64,000 nt of DNA from Mobula hypostoma. Lineage: Eukaryota. Shown here in pieces: positions 37,561-50,597 of this stretch. Location: NCBI RefSeq assembly GCF_963921235.1, contig NC_086107.1, positions 113,586,001 to 113,650,000 of the forward strand, written 5' to 3'. How positions within the stretch are numbered: the stretch's first letter is position 1; each line of letters starts with the position of its first letter. A program made the translations under genes and the position numbers. The notes beneath the pieces are model-generated. The model worked only from the letters and a program-made list of their open reading frames with translations. It was not told the origin of the DNA and searched no databases.

Positions 37561-38080
37561 TACTCAGAGGCCACGGCCACTTCAGTAAGTACACCTGCTC
37601 GTTAATGTAAATCTCCGTCCAGCCAATCATGTGGCAGCAGCTCAACGCATAAAAGCATGCAGACATGGTCAAGACACTCAGATCAAATATCAGAGTGGGG
37701 AAGAAATGTGATCCAAGTGACTTTGACGGGCTGGTTTGAGTATCTCAGAAACTGCTGATTTCCTGGGATTTTCACGCACAACAGTCTCCAGAGTTTACAG
37801 AGAATAGCGTGAGAAACAAATAAAAATCCAGTGAACTGCACTTCTGTGGGTGAAAATGCCTTGTTAGTGAGAGAGTTCAGAGATGAATGGCCAGATTGAT
37901 TCAAGCTGACAGGAAAGTGACTGTAACTCAAATAAACACACGTTACAACAGTTAGGTGTAGAAGAGCATTCCTGAACGTAAAGCACATCGGATATTGAAG
38001 CATGGGCTACAGTCGGAGCAGACCACAAACATACACTCAGTACTGTATTAGAAGGTACCTAATAAAGTGGCCACTCAGTG
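37561..38080 (+). mobile_element. Non-autonomous Tc1 copy (same family as 3221-3792)
   Basis: Shared internal sequence and the right TIR AATAAAGTGGCCACTCAGTG. Confidence 0.8.
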
Positions 38081-38086
38081 CATATA

Positions 38087-39676
38087 CAGCGCCTATAAAA
38101 GGTATTCACACCCTTGGAAGTTTTCATGTTTTGTTGTTTTACAACATTGAATCACAGTGGGTTTAATTTGTTTTTTTTTTGACACTGCTCAACAGAAAAG
38201 ACTTTTTCATGTCGTAGTGAAAACAGACCTCTACAAATAGTTCTAAATTAATTACAAATATAAAACACAAAATAATTGATGACAAAAGCATTCATCACCT
38301 CTAATATGACTGGTGCAGCCAATTGGCTTCAGGAGTCACATAATTAGTTAAATGGAGATCACCGTGTGCAGTTAAGGGGCTTTCAATTGATTGGAGTAAA
38401 AGTACACCCGGAAGGTGCAACAGCTGGCAGGTCAGTATCCCGGCAAAAACTACACCATGAAGACAAAAGAACACTCCAAGCAACTCCTTGAAAAGGTTAT
38501 TGAAAAGCACAAGTCAGGAGATGGATACAAGAAAATTTCCAAGTCACTGACTATCCCTTGGAGTACAGTTGAGTTAATCATCAAGAAATGGAAAGAATAT
38601 GGCGCAGCTGTAAATCTGCCTAGAACAGGCAGTCTACAAAAACTGAGTGACCGTGCAAGAAGGGGACTAGTGAGGGAAGCCACAAAGAGACCTATGACAA
38701 CTCTGGAGGAGTTACAAGCTTCAGTGGTTGAGATGGGAGAGGCTGCGCATACAATTGTTGCCCGAGTGTTTCACCTGTCACAGCTTTTTGGAAGAGTGGC
38801 AAAGAGAAAGCCACTGTGGAAAAAAACTCATGAAATCTCAGCTAGAGTTTGCCACAGAGCATGTGGGAGACTCTGAAGTCAGCTGGAAGAAGGTTCTATG
38901 GTCTGATGAAATCAAAGTTGAGCTTTTTGGCCGTCAGACTAAACACTATGTTTGGCATGAGCCAAACACCACACAAAAACACACCATCCCTACCATGAAG
39001 CATGGTGGTAGCTGTTGTGGGGATGATTCACTGCAGCAGGCCCTGGAAGGCTTGTGCAGGTGGAGAGTAAAATGAATGCAGCAAAATACAGGGAAATCCG
39101 GGAGGAAAACCTGATGCAGTCTGCAAGAGAACTGCGACTTGGGAGAAGATTTGTTTTCCAGCAAGACAATGACACTACACATAAAGCCAAAGCTACACAG
39201 GAATGGTTTAAAAACTTCAAAGTTAATATCCTGGAGTGGCCACGTCAGAGTCCAGGCCTCAATCCAACTGATAATTTGTGACTGGACTTGAAAAGGGCTG
39301 TTCACTCACTATCCCCATGCAATCTGATAGAGCTTGAACAGTTTTGTAAAGAAAAATGGGGAAAAATTGCAGTGTCCAGATGTGCAAAGCTGATAGCTGT
39401 CCACGCAGACGCAAGGCTGTAATTGCTGCCAAAGGTGTATCTACTAAATACTGACTTGAAGCAGGTGGGTACTTATACAATAAAATATTTTGTGTTTTAT
39501 ATTTGTAATTAATTTAGATCACTGTATAAAGATTTGTTTTCACTTTGACACAAACGAGTCTTTTTCTGTTGATCAGTGTCCAAAAAAAAGTCAAATTAAA
39601 TCCACTGCGATTCAACGCTGTAAAACAATAAAACATGAAAACTTCCAAGCGGAGTGAATGCCTTTTATAGGCATTG
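38087..39676 (+). mobile_element. Full-length but inactivated Tc1 transposon
   Basis: Long (~200 bp) TIRs CAGCGCCTATAAAAGGTATTCAC / GTGAATGCCTTTTATAGGCATTG. Transposase 38457-39454 (MKTKEHSKQ...GYKKISKSL, VLWSDE, FQQDND..HK, WPRQSPGLNP) has frameshifts and stops. Confidence 0.92.
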
Positions 39677-39944
39677 CGTGTCATTATATAAAAATACAAG
39701 CAAGCGTACAAAAATAAAAGCACAAGAAAAGTCATGATTCTACAACCCAATCCAACAATGATTTCCCTGAGGGCATTTGTGAGGGCGAGGCAGAGGGATC
39801 TCTTTGAGCTGTGACTTTCCCAGTGGACCTCTTGTCCTGCTGGAGCTGGATTACTGGGTCACTGTGGTGCTTCCTAAGTAGAGAGCAGCCCTATGCTGCA
39901 GGGTGCATCAAGGCAAGAAATGCAATGCCTGGTGTACCAGGTAA

Positions 39945-40592
39945 GATCTGAGGATCTTACCTGGTCTCTGAACTCCTCCATCCTGATCAAAAAGGCACAA
40001 CAGCGCCTTCATTTCCTGCAGAGAATGAAGAAAGCTCACCTCTGTCCCAGGATACTGACGGACTTTTACCACTGTACCATTGAGAGCATACTCACCAACT
40101 GCATCTCAGTGTGGTATGGCAATTGTCCCATATCAGACCGCAAAGCACTCCAGCGTGTGGTGAAAACTGCCCAGCGGATTATCGGCACCCAGTTGCCCAC
40201 TATTGAGAACATCTACCATAAACGCTGCCTGGGCAGGGCGAAAAGCATTATCAAGGATGCATCTCATCCTAACCATGGACTTTTTACTCTCCTCCCATCC
40301 GGTAGGCGCTACAGGAGCCTCCGCTCCCGCACCAGCAGGCACAGGAAGAGCTTCTTCCCTGAGGCTGTGACCCTGCTGAACCTCTCATCACAGCGCTAAG
40401 CAGTATTGCACCCATATTGTACTGTCTCAGTACTTTTATATTTGTGTGCTGTAGCATTTACTTTACTCACAGTTATTTTGTAGATAACACTATTCTTTGC
40501 ATTTCTGGTCAGATGCTAAATGCATTTCATTGGCTTTGTATCTGTACTCAGCACAATGACAATAAAGTTGAATCTAATCTAATCTAATCTAA
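39945..40592 (+). mobile_element. Rex1/Babar-type LINE 3' end (third subfamily)
   Basis: KKAQQRLHFLQRMKK...FYHCTIESILTNCISVWYG...HPNHGLFTLLPSGRRYRS, followed by AATAAAG and an (AATCT)n tail. Confidence 0.88.
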
Positions 40593-40594
40593 TT

Positions 40595-41170
40595 ACCGAG
40601 GCTTTATAAGGCACTGGTCGGGCAGCAGTTGGAGTTTTGAGCTCCTTATCTAAGAAAGGATACGCTATCATTGGAAATGGTCCAGAGGAGGTTCACAAGA
40701 AAGATCCCAGGAAAGACATGGTTAAGGTATGAGGAGCATTTGATGGCTCCTGGTCTCTACCCTCTGGTGTTTAGAAGATTGAGGGGTATCTCATTGAAAC
40801 CTAAACATTGAAAGGGCTAGACAAAGTAGATGTGGAGAGGAAGTTTCCTCTAGTGTGAGAGTCGAGGAACAAAGAGCACAGCCTCAGAATAGAAGGACGT
40901 CCCTTTAGAACAGAGATGAGGAGGAATTTCTTTAGCCAGTGGGTGGTGAATCTGTGGAATTCATTGCCACAGAATGCTGTGGAGGCCAAGTCACTGGTTG
41001 TATTTAAAGCGCAGGTTGAAAGGTTCTTAATTAGTAAGTGTGTCAAATGTTACACGGAGAAGTCAGGAGAACGTGGTTGAGAGGGATTATAAATCTGTTG
41101 TTATGGAATGGCAGAGCAGACTTGATGGGCTAAATGGCCTAATTCTGCTCCTACATCTGATGATCTTATA
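40595..41170 (+). mobile_element. CR1 3' fragment
   Basis: Decayed CR1 ORF2 C-terminus and 3'UTR. Confidence 0.8.
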
Positions 41171-41809
41171 GTCTTTCAGCTCTGTGGCTCCCAGGCAGAT
41201 CCACTTTTCCCATGAGTTTAGCTCCAAGCTTCTGGAGCTGCGCTGCAGTTGAATTTAACCTTCTGAGGAAGATCTAAACAGCCCTCAAACAATGGGAAGG
41301 TGTGGCTGAGTACAGGTCTCCAAGATGATAAGAGGCATACATAGAATGCACAGTCCAGGACAGGTATTACCTCAGGGCAGAAATGCCTAGTTTGAGGCAC
41401 CACAATTTTTCAAGTGAATAAAGGGAGGATGTCAAAGGTAGTTTTTTTGACACAGAGAGTGGAGGGTAGCTGAACGCACTGCCAGGGGTGGTGGTAGAGG
41501 CAGAGACATTAAGGACATTTGAGAGACTGATTGGCACTTGAATGAAAGAAAAATGGAAGGCTATGTGCAAGGGAAGGGTTAGATTGACCTTGGAGTAGGT
41601 TCAAAGGTTGGCACAGCATCCCGGGCCCCGAACAGCCCGTACTGTGCCCTAGTGTTCTATATTTTATATGGAAGGGTTATCTTGATCTTGATGTAGGTTT
41701 AAGGTTGGCACAGTATTGTGCTGCAGTGTTTCATGCTCTCCACCACTCCATCCAGCACACTCCTTTCCAACCTCACAGGAACACAATAAGCTCCTCAAAC
41801 TCAAGTAGC

Positions 41810-42135
41810 GTCCATCATCAGGAAACCCTTCCATCATCATCCATCATCAGGAACACCCACCATCATCATCAAACATCCGGAAACCCCTCCATCATTATCA
41901 GTCATCAGGAAGCCCATCCACCATCAGGAAACCCTTCCATCATCATCATCTATCATCAGGAAACCCTTCCATCATCATCATATATCATCAGGAAACCCCT
42001 CCATCATCATCAATCATCAGGAAACCCTTCCATCATCTTCTATCATCAGGAAACCCCACCATCATTATCCATCATCAGGAAACCCCTCCATCATCAATCA
42101 TCATCATCAAACCCCTCCATCATCATCCATCATTA
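41810..42135. repeat. CATCATCAGGAAACCC minisatellite
   Basis: About 12 degenerate units, running directly into a Rex/Babar 3' fragment. Confidence 0.85.
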
Positions 42136-42787
42136 AGGACCCCTCACCAGCCAGGGCAATCTCGTTGCTGTCATCAGGGAGAAGGTGCAGGAGCTCCAGG
42201 ACCCACACCACCAGATTCAGTAACAGTTATTAACCCTCAACCATCATATCTTCGAACCAGAGAAGATAATTTCACTCACCCCATCACTGAACTGTTCCCA
42301 CAACCTATGGACTCACTTTCAAAGACTCTTCATCTCATGTTCTCGAAATGTGTTGCATTTTGCACATGGGTCGTTTGTCTGCCCTGTTGGGGCAGTCTTT
42401 CACTGATTCTATTGTGCTTTTTTTTCCAGGACTGTAAAGGACGGAGTCCTCCAACCAGATCTCCTCAGATGTCACATTCTATGTGCTCCTTAGCCTGCCA
42501 GTTGTAAATCCTGTTCCCGTCAATCTTCTCTCAACCAACCCCCTTGTTTGCAAACCCACATTTTAATCTCTCTGGGTAGTGGTTAGCACAATGCTTTACA
42601 GTACCAGCAACCCAGGTCCAGTTCCCACTGCTGCCCGTAACGAGTTAGTATGTTCTCCCCGTGACAGTGTGGGTTTCCTCCCACAGTTCAAAGGTGTACT
42701 GGTTGATAGATTAATTCAACATTGTAAATGAGGCCAGGGTTAAATCGGGGATTGCTAGGTGGTGTGGCTCGAAGGACCAGGCATGCC

Positions 42788-43103
42788 AGTGTGGACAGAT
42801 AATCAACATGGTGCCCAAGGACTGGGTGGAATTGTTAATTTGGGAAAGTATTAGAGCCATTGCCTGCCTTTATTGTTGAAAATTTTGGTTGTTAATAAGT
42901 TTTAACTCTTGACCAAGGGTTGAGAGTAAACGCATGATTTACTGTAAACATCTTTCATTTGTAAATGAACAGAGAGTCAACGAAAAATTTTATTGTTAAT
43001 AACTGTATTGAATAAGGACTTACAGTCAACGAATGGTTTTCTTTTCTTGTATGTAATTATTTTTATTTTGTAATATTTCTGAATAAAGTATTTTTGGAAA
43101 AAA
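42788..43103 (+). mobile_element. Poly(A)-tailed retroposed fragment (L1/Tx1-like 3' end) inside a SINE
   Basis: 16-bp TSD AAGGACCAGGCATGCC (42772-42787 / 43104-43119), with AATAAA followed by an A-tract. Confidence 0.75.
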
Positions 43104-44689
43104 AAGGACCAGGCATGCCTAATCCACGCTGTATCCCAATAAATAAAACAAGCTTCTCCAAAGTTCCTTACTGAATTGGTGGGAAGGGATTCTGCAGATG
43201 CTGGAAATGTGGAGTTAACTCACTCACACAGAATGCTGCAGGAACTCAGCATCTCTGGAGATGAGTAAAGAGTGACGTTTCAGCCCAAGGCCCTTCGCCA
43301 GGACGGGAAAGGAAGGAGGGTGTGCGGGGGAGAGGAGCACCAGCGGGCAGGTGACAGGTGAGACCGGGCAGGAAGAGGGTGGAGTATTTGCGGCCACGTA
43401 ACTGGCTGAAGATAAGAACGGCCAGACTGGTTCAAGCTGACAGGAAGGTGACAGTAACTCAGATAACCTCGTGTTACAACAGCGGTGGGCAGAAGAACAT
43501 CTCTGAACAAACAACACGTTGAACATAGAAGTGAATTTATAGGCTACGCGGCAGAAGACCGCTAGCATACACTCAGTGGCCACTTTATTAAGTACAAGAG
43601 AAATCTACCAATTTACTGCGTGCGTACACACGCAACTTAAAGTGATGGTTAAAGCCACACTGCTAACTTCTCATTTTAACAGTTAACTGGAAACTCTTTT
43701 ACGCACATCTCTACTTCAGACGCGGAAATCACCCCGATTGAGTAAAGCAAGTGCTTTAATGTTAAACGAGCGAGAGCTTACCAAGTCTTCAGCGTGCATT
43801 TCCCAGTGAGACAGCCAACTCTGACGCGGGCGTTTGGCGTCCTTGTTCCCTGCCTTTGCCAGCTTCCAGGTCGGCGTGGACGCGGCCCTCGCTGCCGAGT
43901 AGAAAAGGGAGGTTTTAACCCCCACCTCGCCGGGCTGATGAGAATTTCCTGCATTCACACGGCAGCTGTAACATTCTCTTCAGCAGGGTCGGCAGGAGCA
44001 AGCATTGCCGATCTACACGTCTCGCCTCGACTGGGACTTTTTTCTCGCTCTGTGAGAAGTTGGGAATTTCCAAGGAAAGTGAATCAGTTTCGTCCGAATG
44101 CAGCAATCACAACAGGGTAGTCGGGCCCGAGAGAGAACTCCCAGGAGAGGAAACACTAGAGACAGATTAGGAAAACATGCAGTACCTCCCAACACGCTGA
44201 CACAGATTCAGTCTCTATTCACGTGTACATACAGTAACAGGTTTTTTTTCGCGCTGCATCGGATCGGGAGTTACAATCACATCGTTCTCCTTTACTCGCG
44301 TGTACTGGACATGGCTTTACACAGTCCTGACTCTTGAATCTTGTAATGCGTCGTTTGCGTTAACAACCAACCCGATTTACGGTTGTGCTGAGGGGCAGCC
44401 CGCAAGCGTCTCCACACAGCCCCGTGTAAACATCGCGTGTCCCCCCACATGCTCAGCAGGACGACACGGACAGCTACAACAATACCGACAAAACACCCCC
44501 CCCCACCCCTTTTCCACCCTCACACAGGCTCCTACCCATAAGACCATAAGATATAGGAACAGAATTAGGCCATTTGGCCCATCAAATCAACTCTGCTATT
44601 TTACCATGGTTGATCCATTTCCCTCTCAGCCCCAATCTCCTGCCTTCACCCTGTATCCCTTCATGCCCTGACTAATCACAAACCTATAG

Positions 44690-45420
44690 TCATATACATA
44701 CCCGGGGAAATTAGTTTTCATTACAGTTGCACCATAAATAATATAGTAATAAAACCATAAATAGTTAAATAGTGATATGTAAATTATGCCAGGAAATTAT
44801 GAAATAAGTCCAGGACCAGCCTATTGGCTCAGGGTGTCTGACCCTCCAAGGGAGGAGTTGTAAAGTTTGATGGCCACGGGCAGGAATGACTTCCTATGAC
44901 GCTCTGTGCTGCATCTCGGAGGAATGAGTCTCTGGCTGAATGTACTCCTGTGCCCACCCAGTCCATTATGTAGTGGATGGGAGACATTGACCAAGATGGC
45001 ATGCAACTTAGACAGCATCCTCTTTTCAGACACCACCGTCAGAGAGTCCAGTTCCATCCCCACAACATCACTGGCCTTACGAATGAGTTTGTTGATTCTG
45101 TTGGTGTCTGCTACCCTCAGCCTGCTGCCTCAGCACACAACAGCAAACATGATAGCACTGGCCACCACAGACTCGTACAACATCCTCAGCACCGTCCAGC
45201 AGATGTTAAAGGACCTCAGTCTCCTCAGGAAACAGAGACGGCTCTGACCCTTCTTGTAGACAGCCTCAGTGTTCTTTGACCAGTCCAGTTTATTGTCAAT
45301 TCGTATCCCCAGGTACTTGTAAACCTCCACCATGTCCACACTGACCCCCTGGATGGAATCAGGGGTCACCGGTGCCTTAGCTCTCCTCAGGTCTACCACC
45401 AGCTCCTTAGTCTTTTTCAC
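44690..45420 (-). mobile_element. Rex1/Babar LINE 3' end inserted in a CR1 fragment
   Basis: Near-identical to 8500-9130 and 62775-63470. CR1 sequence lies on both sides (44545-44685 and 45421-45865). Confidence 0.85.
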
Positions 45421-46809
45421 ATCAACCTCTGCCTTAAATATATCCATGACCTGGCCTCCACAGCACAGATTCACCAGCCTCTGGCTATAGAAATTCCCCC
45501 TCATCTCCGTTCTAAATGGACTTCCCTCTATTCTGAAGCCATGTCTTCTGGTCTTAGACTTCCCGCACCATAGGAAACATCCTCTCCAAGTCCACTCCAT
45601 CGAGGTCTTTCAACATCCAGTAGGTTTAAATGAGGTCACCCCTCATTCTTCTGAATTCCAGACAGCAGAGGCCCAGAGCCAACAAAAGTTCCTCATATGA
45701 CAAGCCTTTCAATTTCAGAATCACTTTTGTGAACCTCCTTTGTACTCTCTCCAATGTCAGCACATCCCTTCTCAGATAGCGGGCCTAAGTCTGCTCACAA
45801 TACTTCAAGTGAAGCCTCACCGGTATTTCATAAAGCCTCAACATTATATCTTTGCTTTTATATTCTACCCCAGTATGGGCCTCAGAAGAGCTGCCATCTC
45901 ACAGATGCAAGGGCCAAAGGCTTGATCCTGACTTCTGGTGCTTTCTGTGTGGAGTTTGCAGGCTCTCTCTGTGACCACAGGACCAACTTTTATCCCACAT
46001 CCCAAAGACATGTGGACTGGTTAGTTGGTTGGTTGTCCGCTGTAAATTGCCTCTAGTATGGAGGTGAGAGGTTGAATCAGGAGAGGGGATGGATGCTGAT
46101 GGGAATGTACAGACAATAAAATGGGACTAGTGTTGATTTGAAGTAAGTGGGGGCTTGCTGAAAGATGCGGACTTACTGGGTTGAGATGTTGTGACTTCCT
46201 GTTCTATTCCCAGCTCCAGTTTCCTGGTCAGCTGTATTCGTCATCTCATTGGATAAACTATCGGATACCACTGGATTCTGGAACACCCACTCCCAGCTCT
46301 CCCTGTCCCTCCGAACGAGCCTTATCATTGCTAATATATATTGTGAAACCCATTGTTTTGTTGCTGCAGTATGGGGTGATATATAAAATACTATAAATTA
46401 CAGCAATATATATATATAAATGGATTAAGTAAGTGGAGCAAAAAGACAGCAAAAATAGTGAGGTAGTGTCCATACATTCATGGACCATTCAGAAATCTGA
46501 TGGTGGAGGGGAAGAAGAATTGAGTGTACGTCTTCAGGCTCCTGTGCCTCCTCCTAGTGTAGCAATGAGAGGAGGGCATGTCTGGGGGTCCTGAGTGAAA
46601 GATGCTAACTTCTTCAAGCATTGCCTCCTCATGCTGGGGAGGCTGGTGCCCATGATAGAGTTGGCTGAGTTCACAGTCCCCTGCAGCTTTGTCTGATCCC
46701 CCATACCACCATGGGCTCCTGTGAAATGCACTGGACACTACGAGATGCTGATCCTGCTGTCGACCAAGGAACTGATTGCAGACTTCAGCAGAGGGAAACC
46801 AGATGTCCA

Positions 46810-49125
46810 TAAGCCATCTTACCCTTGGGTAAGAGTGACCATAATATGGTGGAATTCTTCATTAATATGGAGAGTGACATAGTTAATTCAGAAACAAAGG
46901 TTCTGAACTTAAAGAGGGGTAACTTTGAAGGTATGAGACGTGAATTAGCTAAGATAGACTGGCAAATGACACTTAAAGGATTGACGGTGGATATGCAATG
47001 GCAAGCATTTAAAGGTTGCATGGATGAACTACAACAATTGTTCATCCCAGTTTGGCAAAAGAATAAATCAAGGAAGGTAGTGCACCCGTGGCTGACAAGA
47101 GAAATTAGGGATAGTATCAATTCCAAAGAAGTAGCATACAAATTAGCCAGAGAAAGTGGCTCACCTGAGGACTGGGAGAAATTCAGAGTTCAGCAGTGGA
47201 GGACAAAGGGCTTAATTAGGAAGGGGAAAAAAGATTATGAGAGAAAACTGGCGGGGAACATAAAAACGGACTGTAAAAGCTTTTATAGATATGTAAAAAG
47301 GAAAAGACTGGTAAAGACAAATGTAGGTCCCCTGCAGACAGAAACAGGTGAATTGATTATGGGGAGCAAGGACATGGCAGACCAATTGAATAATTACTTT
47401 GGTTCTGTCTTCACTAAGGAGGACATAAATAATCTTCCAGAAATAGTAAGGGACAGAGGGTCCAGTGAGATGGAGGAACTGAGTGAAATACATGTTAGTA
47501 GGGAAGTGGTGTTAGGTAAATTGAAGGGATTGAAGGCAGATAAATCCCCAGGGCCAGATGGTCTGCATCCCAGAGTGCTTAAGGAAGTAGCCCAAGAAAT
47601 AGTGGATGCATTAGTGATAATTTTTCAAAACTCGTTACATTCTGGACTAGTTCCTGAGGATTGGAGGGTGGCTAATGTAACCCCACTTTTTAAAAAAGGA
47701 GGGAGAGAGAAACCGGGGAATTATAGACCGGTTAGCCTAACGTCGGTGGTGGGGAAACTGCTGGAGTCAGTTATCAAGGATGTGATAACAGCACATTTGG
47801 AAAGCGGTGAAATGATCGGACAAAGTCAGCATGGATTTGTGAAAGGAAAATCATGTCTGACGAATCTCATAGAATTTTTTGAGGATGTAACTAGTAGAGT
47901 GGATAGGGGAGAACCAGTGGATGTGGTATATTTGGATTTTCAAAAGGCTTTTGACAAGGTCCCACACAGGAGATTAGTGTGCAAACTTAAAGCACACGGT
48001 ATTGGGGTAAGGTATTGGTGTGGGTGGAGAATTGGTTAGCAGACAGGAAGCAAAGAGTGGGAATAAACGGGACCTTTTCAGAATGGCAGGCGGTGACTAG
48101 TGGGGTACCGCAAGGCTCAGTGCTGGGACCCCAGTTGTTTACAATATATATTAATGACTTGGATGAGGGAATTAAATGCAGCATCTCCAAGTTTGCGGAT
48201 GACACGAAGCTGGGTGGCAGTGTTAGCAGTGAGGAGGATGCTAAGAGGATGCAGGGTGACTTGGATAGGTTGGGTGAGTGGGCAAACTCATGGCAGATGC
48301 AATTTAACGTGGATAAATGTGAAGTTATCCACTTTGGTGGCAAAAATAGGAAAACAGATTATTATCTGAATGGTGGCCGATTAGGAAAAGGGGAGGTGCA
48401 ACGAGACCTGGGTGTCATTATACACCAGTCATTGAAAGTGGGCATGCAGGTACAGCAGGCGGTGAAAAAGGCGAATGGTATGCTGGCATTTATAGCGAGA
48501 GGATTCGAGTACAGGAGCAGGGAGGTACTACTGCAGTTGTACAAGGCCTTGGTGAGACCACACCTGGAGTATTGTGTGCAGTTTTGGTCCCCTAATCTGA
48601 GGAAAGACATCTTTGCCATAGAGGGAGTACAAAGAAGGTTCACCAGATTGATTCCTGGGATGGCAGGACTTTCATATGAAGAAAGACTGGATGAACTGGG
48701 CTTGTACTCGTTGGAATTTAGAAGATTGAGGGGGGATCTGATTGAAACGTATAAGATCCTAAAGGGATTGGACAGGCTAGATGCAGGAAGATTGTTCCCG
48801 ATGTTGGGGAAGTCCAGAACGAGGGGTCACAGTTTGAGGATAGAGGGGAAGCCCTTTAGGACCGAGATTAGGAAAAACTTCTTCACACAGAGAGTGGTGA
48901 ATCTGTGGAATTCTCTGCCACAGGAAACAGTTGAGGCCAGTTCATTGGCTATACTTAAGAGGGAGTTAGATATGGCCCTTGTGGCTACAGGGGTCAGGGG
49001 GTATGGAGGGAAGGCTGGGGTGGGGTTCTGAGTTGGATGATCAGCCATGATCATAATAAATGGCGGTGCAGGCTCGAAGGGCCGAATGGCCTACTCCTGC
49101 ACCTATTTTCTATGTTTCTATGTTT
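46810..49125 (+). mobile_element. Young 5'-truncated CR1 LINE with almost intact ORF2
   Basis: ORFs of 404 and 338 aa joined by a single frameshift near 48008. Motifs SDH (endonuclease end), PGPDG, NYRPVSLTS, LDFQKAFDKVPH, VPQGSVLGP and FADD, with a (TTTCTATG)n tail. Confidence 0.95.
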
Positions 49126-50110
49126 AAGCCTGTACTCATCGGAGGATCAGAGGTAGGGAGAGTCTGTAACTTTAAATTCCTGGGTGTAGCTATCTCAGAG
49201 GACCTGTCCTGGACACATCATATAGATATGATTGCAAAGAAAGCACGACAGTGCCTCTACTTCCTCAGGAGTCTGCGGGATTCAGTATGTCATCAAAAAC
49301 TTTGGCAAACTTCTATAAATGTGTGGTGGAAATTGCATTGACCGGCTGTGTTTTGGCCTGGTATGAAAACACCAATGCCTTCGAGAGGGAAATCCTACAA
49401 AAGGTAGTGGCTTCAGCTCAGTACATCACGGGTAAAGCCCTCCCAACTATTGAGCATAACCACATGAAACGTTGCCATAGAAAAGCAGCATCCATCATCA
49501 AAGATCGTCACCACCCAGGCCATGCTCTTTCCTCACCGCTGCCATCAGGTAGAAGGTACAAGATCCTCAGGATTCGCACCACCAGGTTCAGGAACAGTTC
49601 CTACCCCTCAACCATCAGGCTCCTGAACAAAAGGGGATAACTATACCCATTCTATTTCTGGTGTTCCCACAACCAATGGTCTCACTTTAAGGACTCTTTG
49701 TCTTGTTATTTCATGCTCTCATTACTTATTGACACTTATTTATATCTGGATTTTCACAGTTTGTTGTTCATTGATCCTGTTTACAGTTACTGTTCTATTT
49801 GCTAAATATACTCATCTATTGAGATGTTCCCACAACCAATGATTAGGCCATCAAGTCTGCTCCGCTATTTGATCAAAGCCAATTTATTTTGCCTCTCAAC
49901 CCCATTCTCGTGCCTCCTCTCATGTAACTTTTTACACCCCTAATAATCAAAAATCTATCAACCTTCATCTTAAGTATAGCCAGTAACTTAGCCTCCACAA
50001 CCATCTGGCTAAGCAAGTTCCTCCTCATCTCTGTTCCGAAGGGATGAGGAATTCCTTTCACTCTGAGGCTGTTCCCTCTGTTCCTGGACTCTCCCACTAT
50101 TGGAAACATC

Positions 50111-50597
50111 ATAGAAACATAGAAAATAGGTGCAGGAATAGGTCATTCGGCCCTTCGAGCCTGCACCGCCATTCAGTATGATCATGTCTGATTATCCAAC
50201 TCAGAACCCCGCCCCAGCCTTCCCTCCATACCCCCTGACCCCCGTAGCCACAAGGGCCATATTTAACTCCCTCTTAAATATAGCCAATGAACTGGCTTCA
50301 ACTGTTTCCTGTGGCAGAGAATTCCACAGATTCACCACTCTCTGTGTGAAGAAGTTTTTCCTCATCTCGGTCCTAAAAGGCTTCCCCTTTATCCTCAAAC
50401 TGTGACCCCTCGTTCTGGACTTTCCCCAACATTGGGACCAATCTTCCTGCATCTAGCCTGTCCAATCCCTTTAGGATTTTATACGTTTCAATCAGATCCC
50501 CCCTCAATCTTCTAAATTCCAATGAGTACAAGCCCAGTTCATCCAGTCTTTCTTCATATGAAAGTCCTGCCATCCCAGGAATCAGTCTGGTGAACCT
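50111..50597 (-). mobile_element. Young CR1 3' end nested in an older CR1
   Basis: Nearly identical to 48635-49125. TSD GAAACATC at 50103-50110 and 50598-50605. Confidence 0.9.

Noticed and set aside
41705..42136. Ser/His/Ile-rich 143-aa ORF
   Set aside because: Translation of the CATCATCAGGAAACCC minisatellite.
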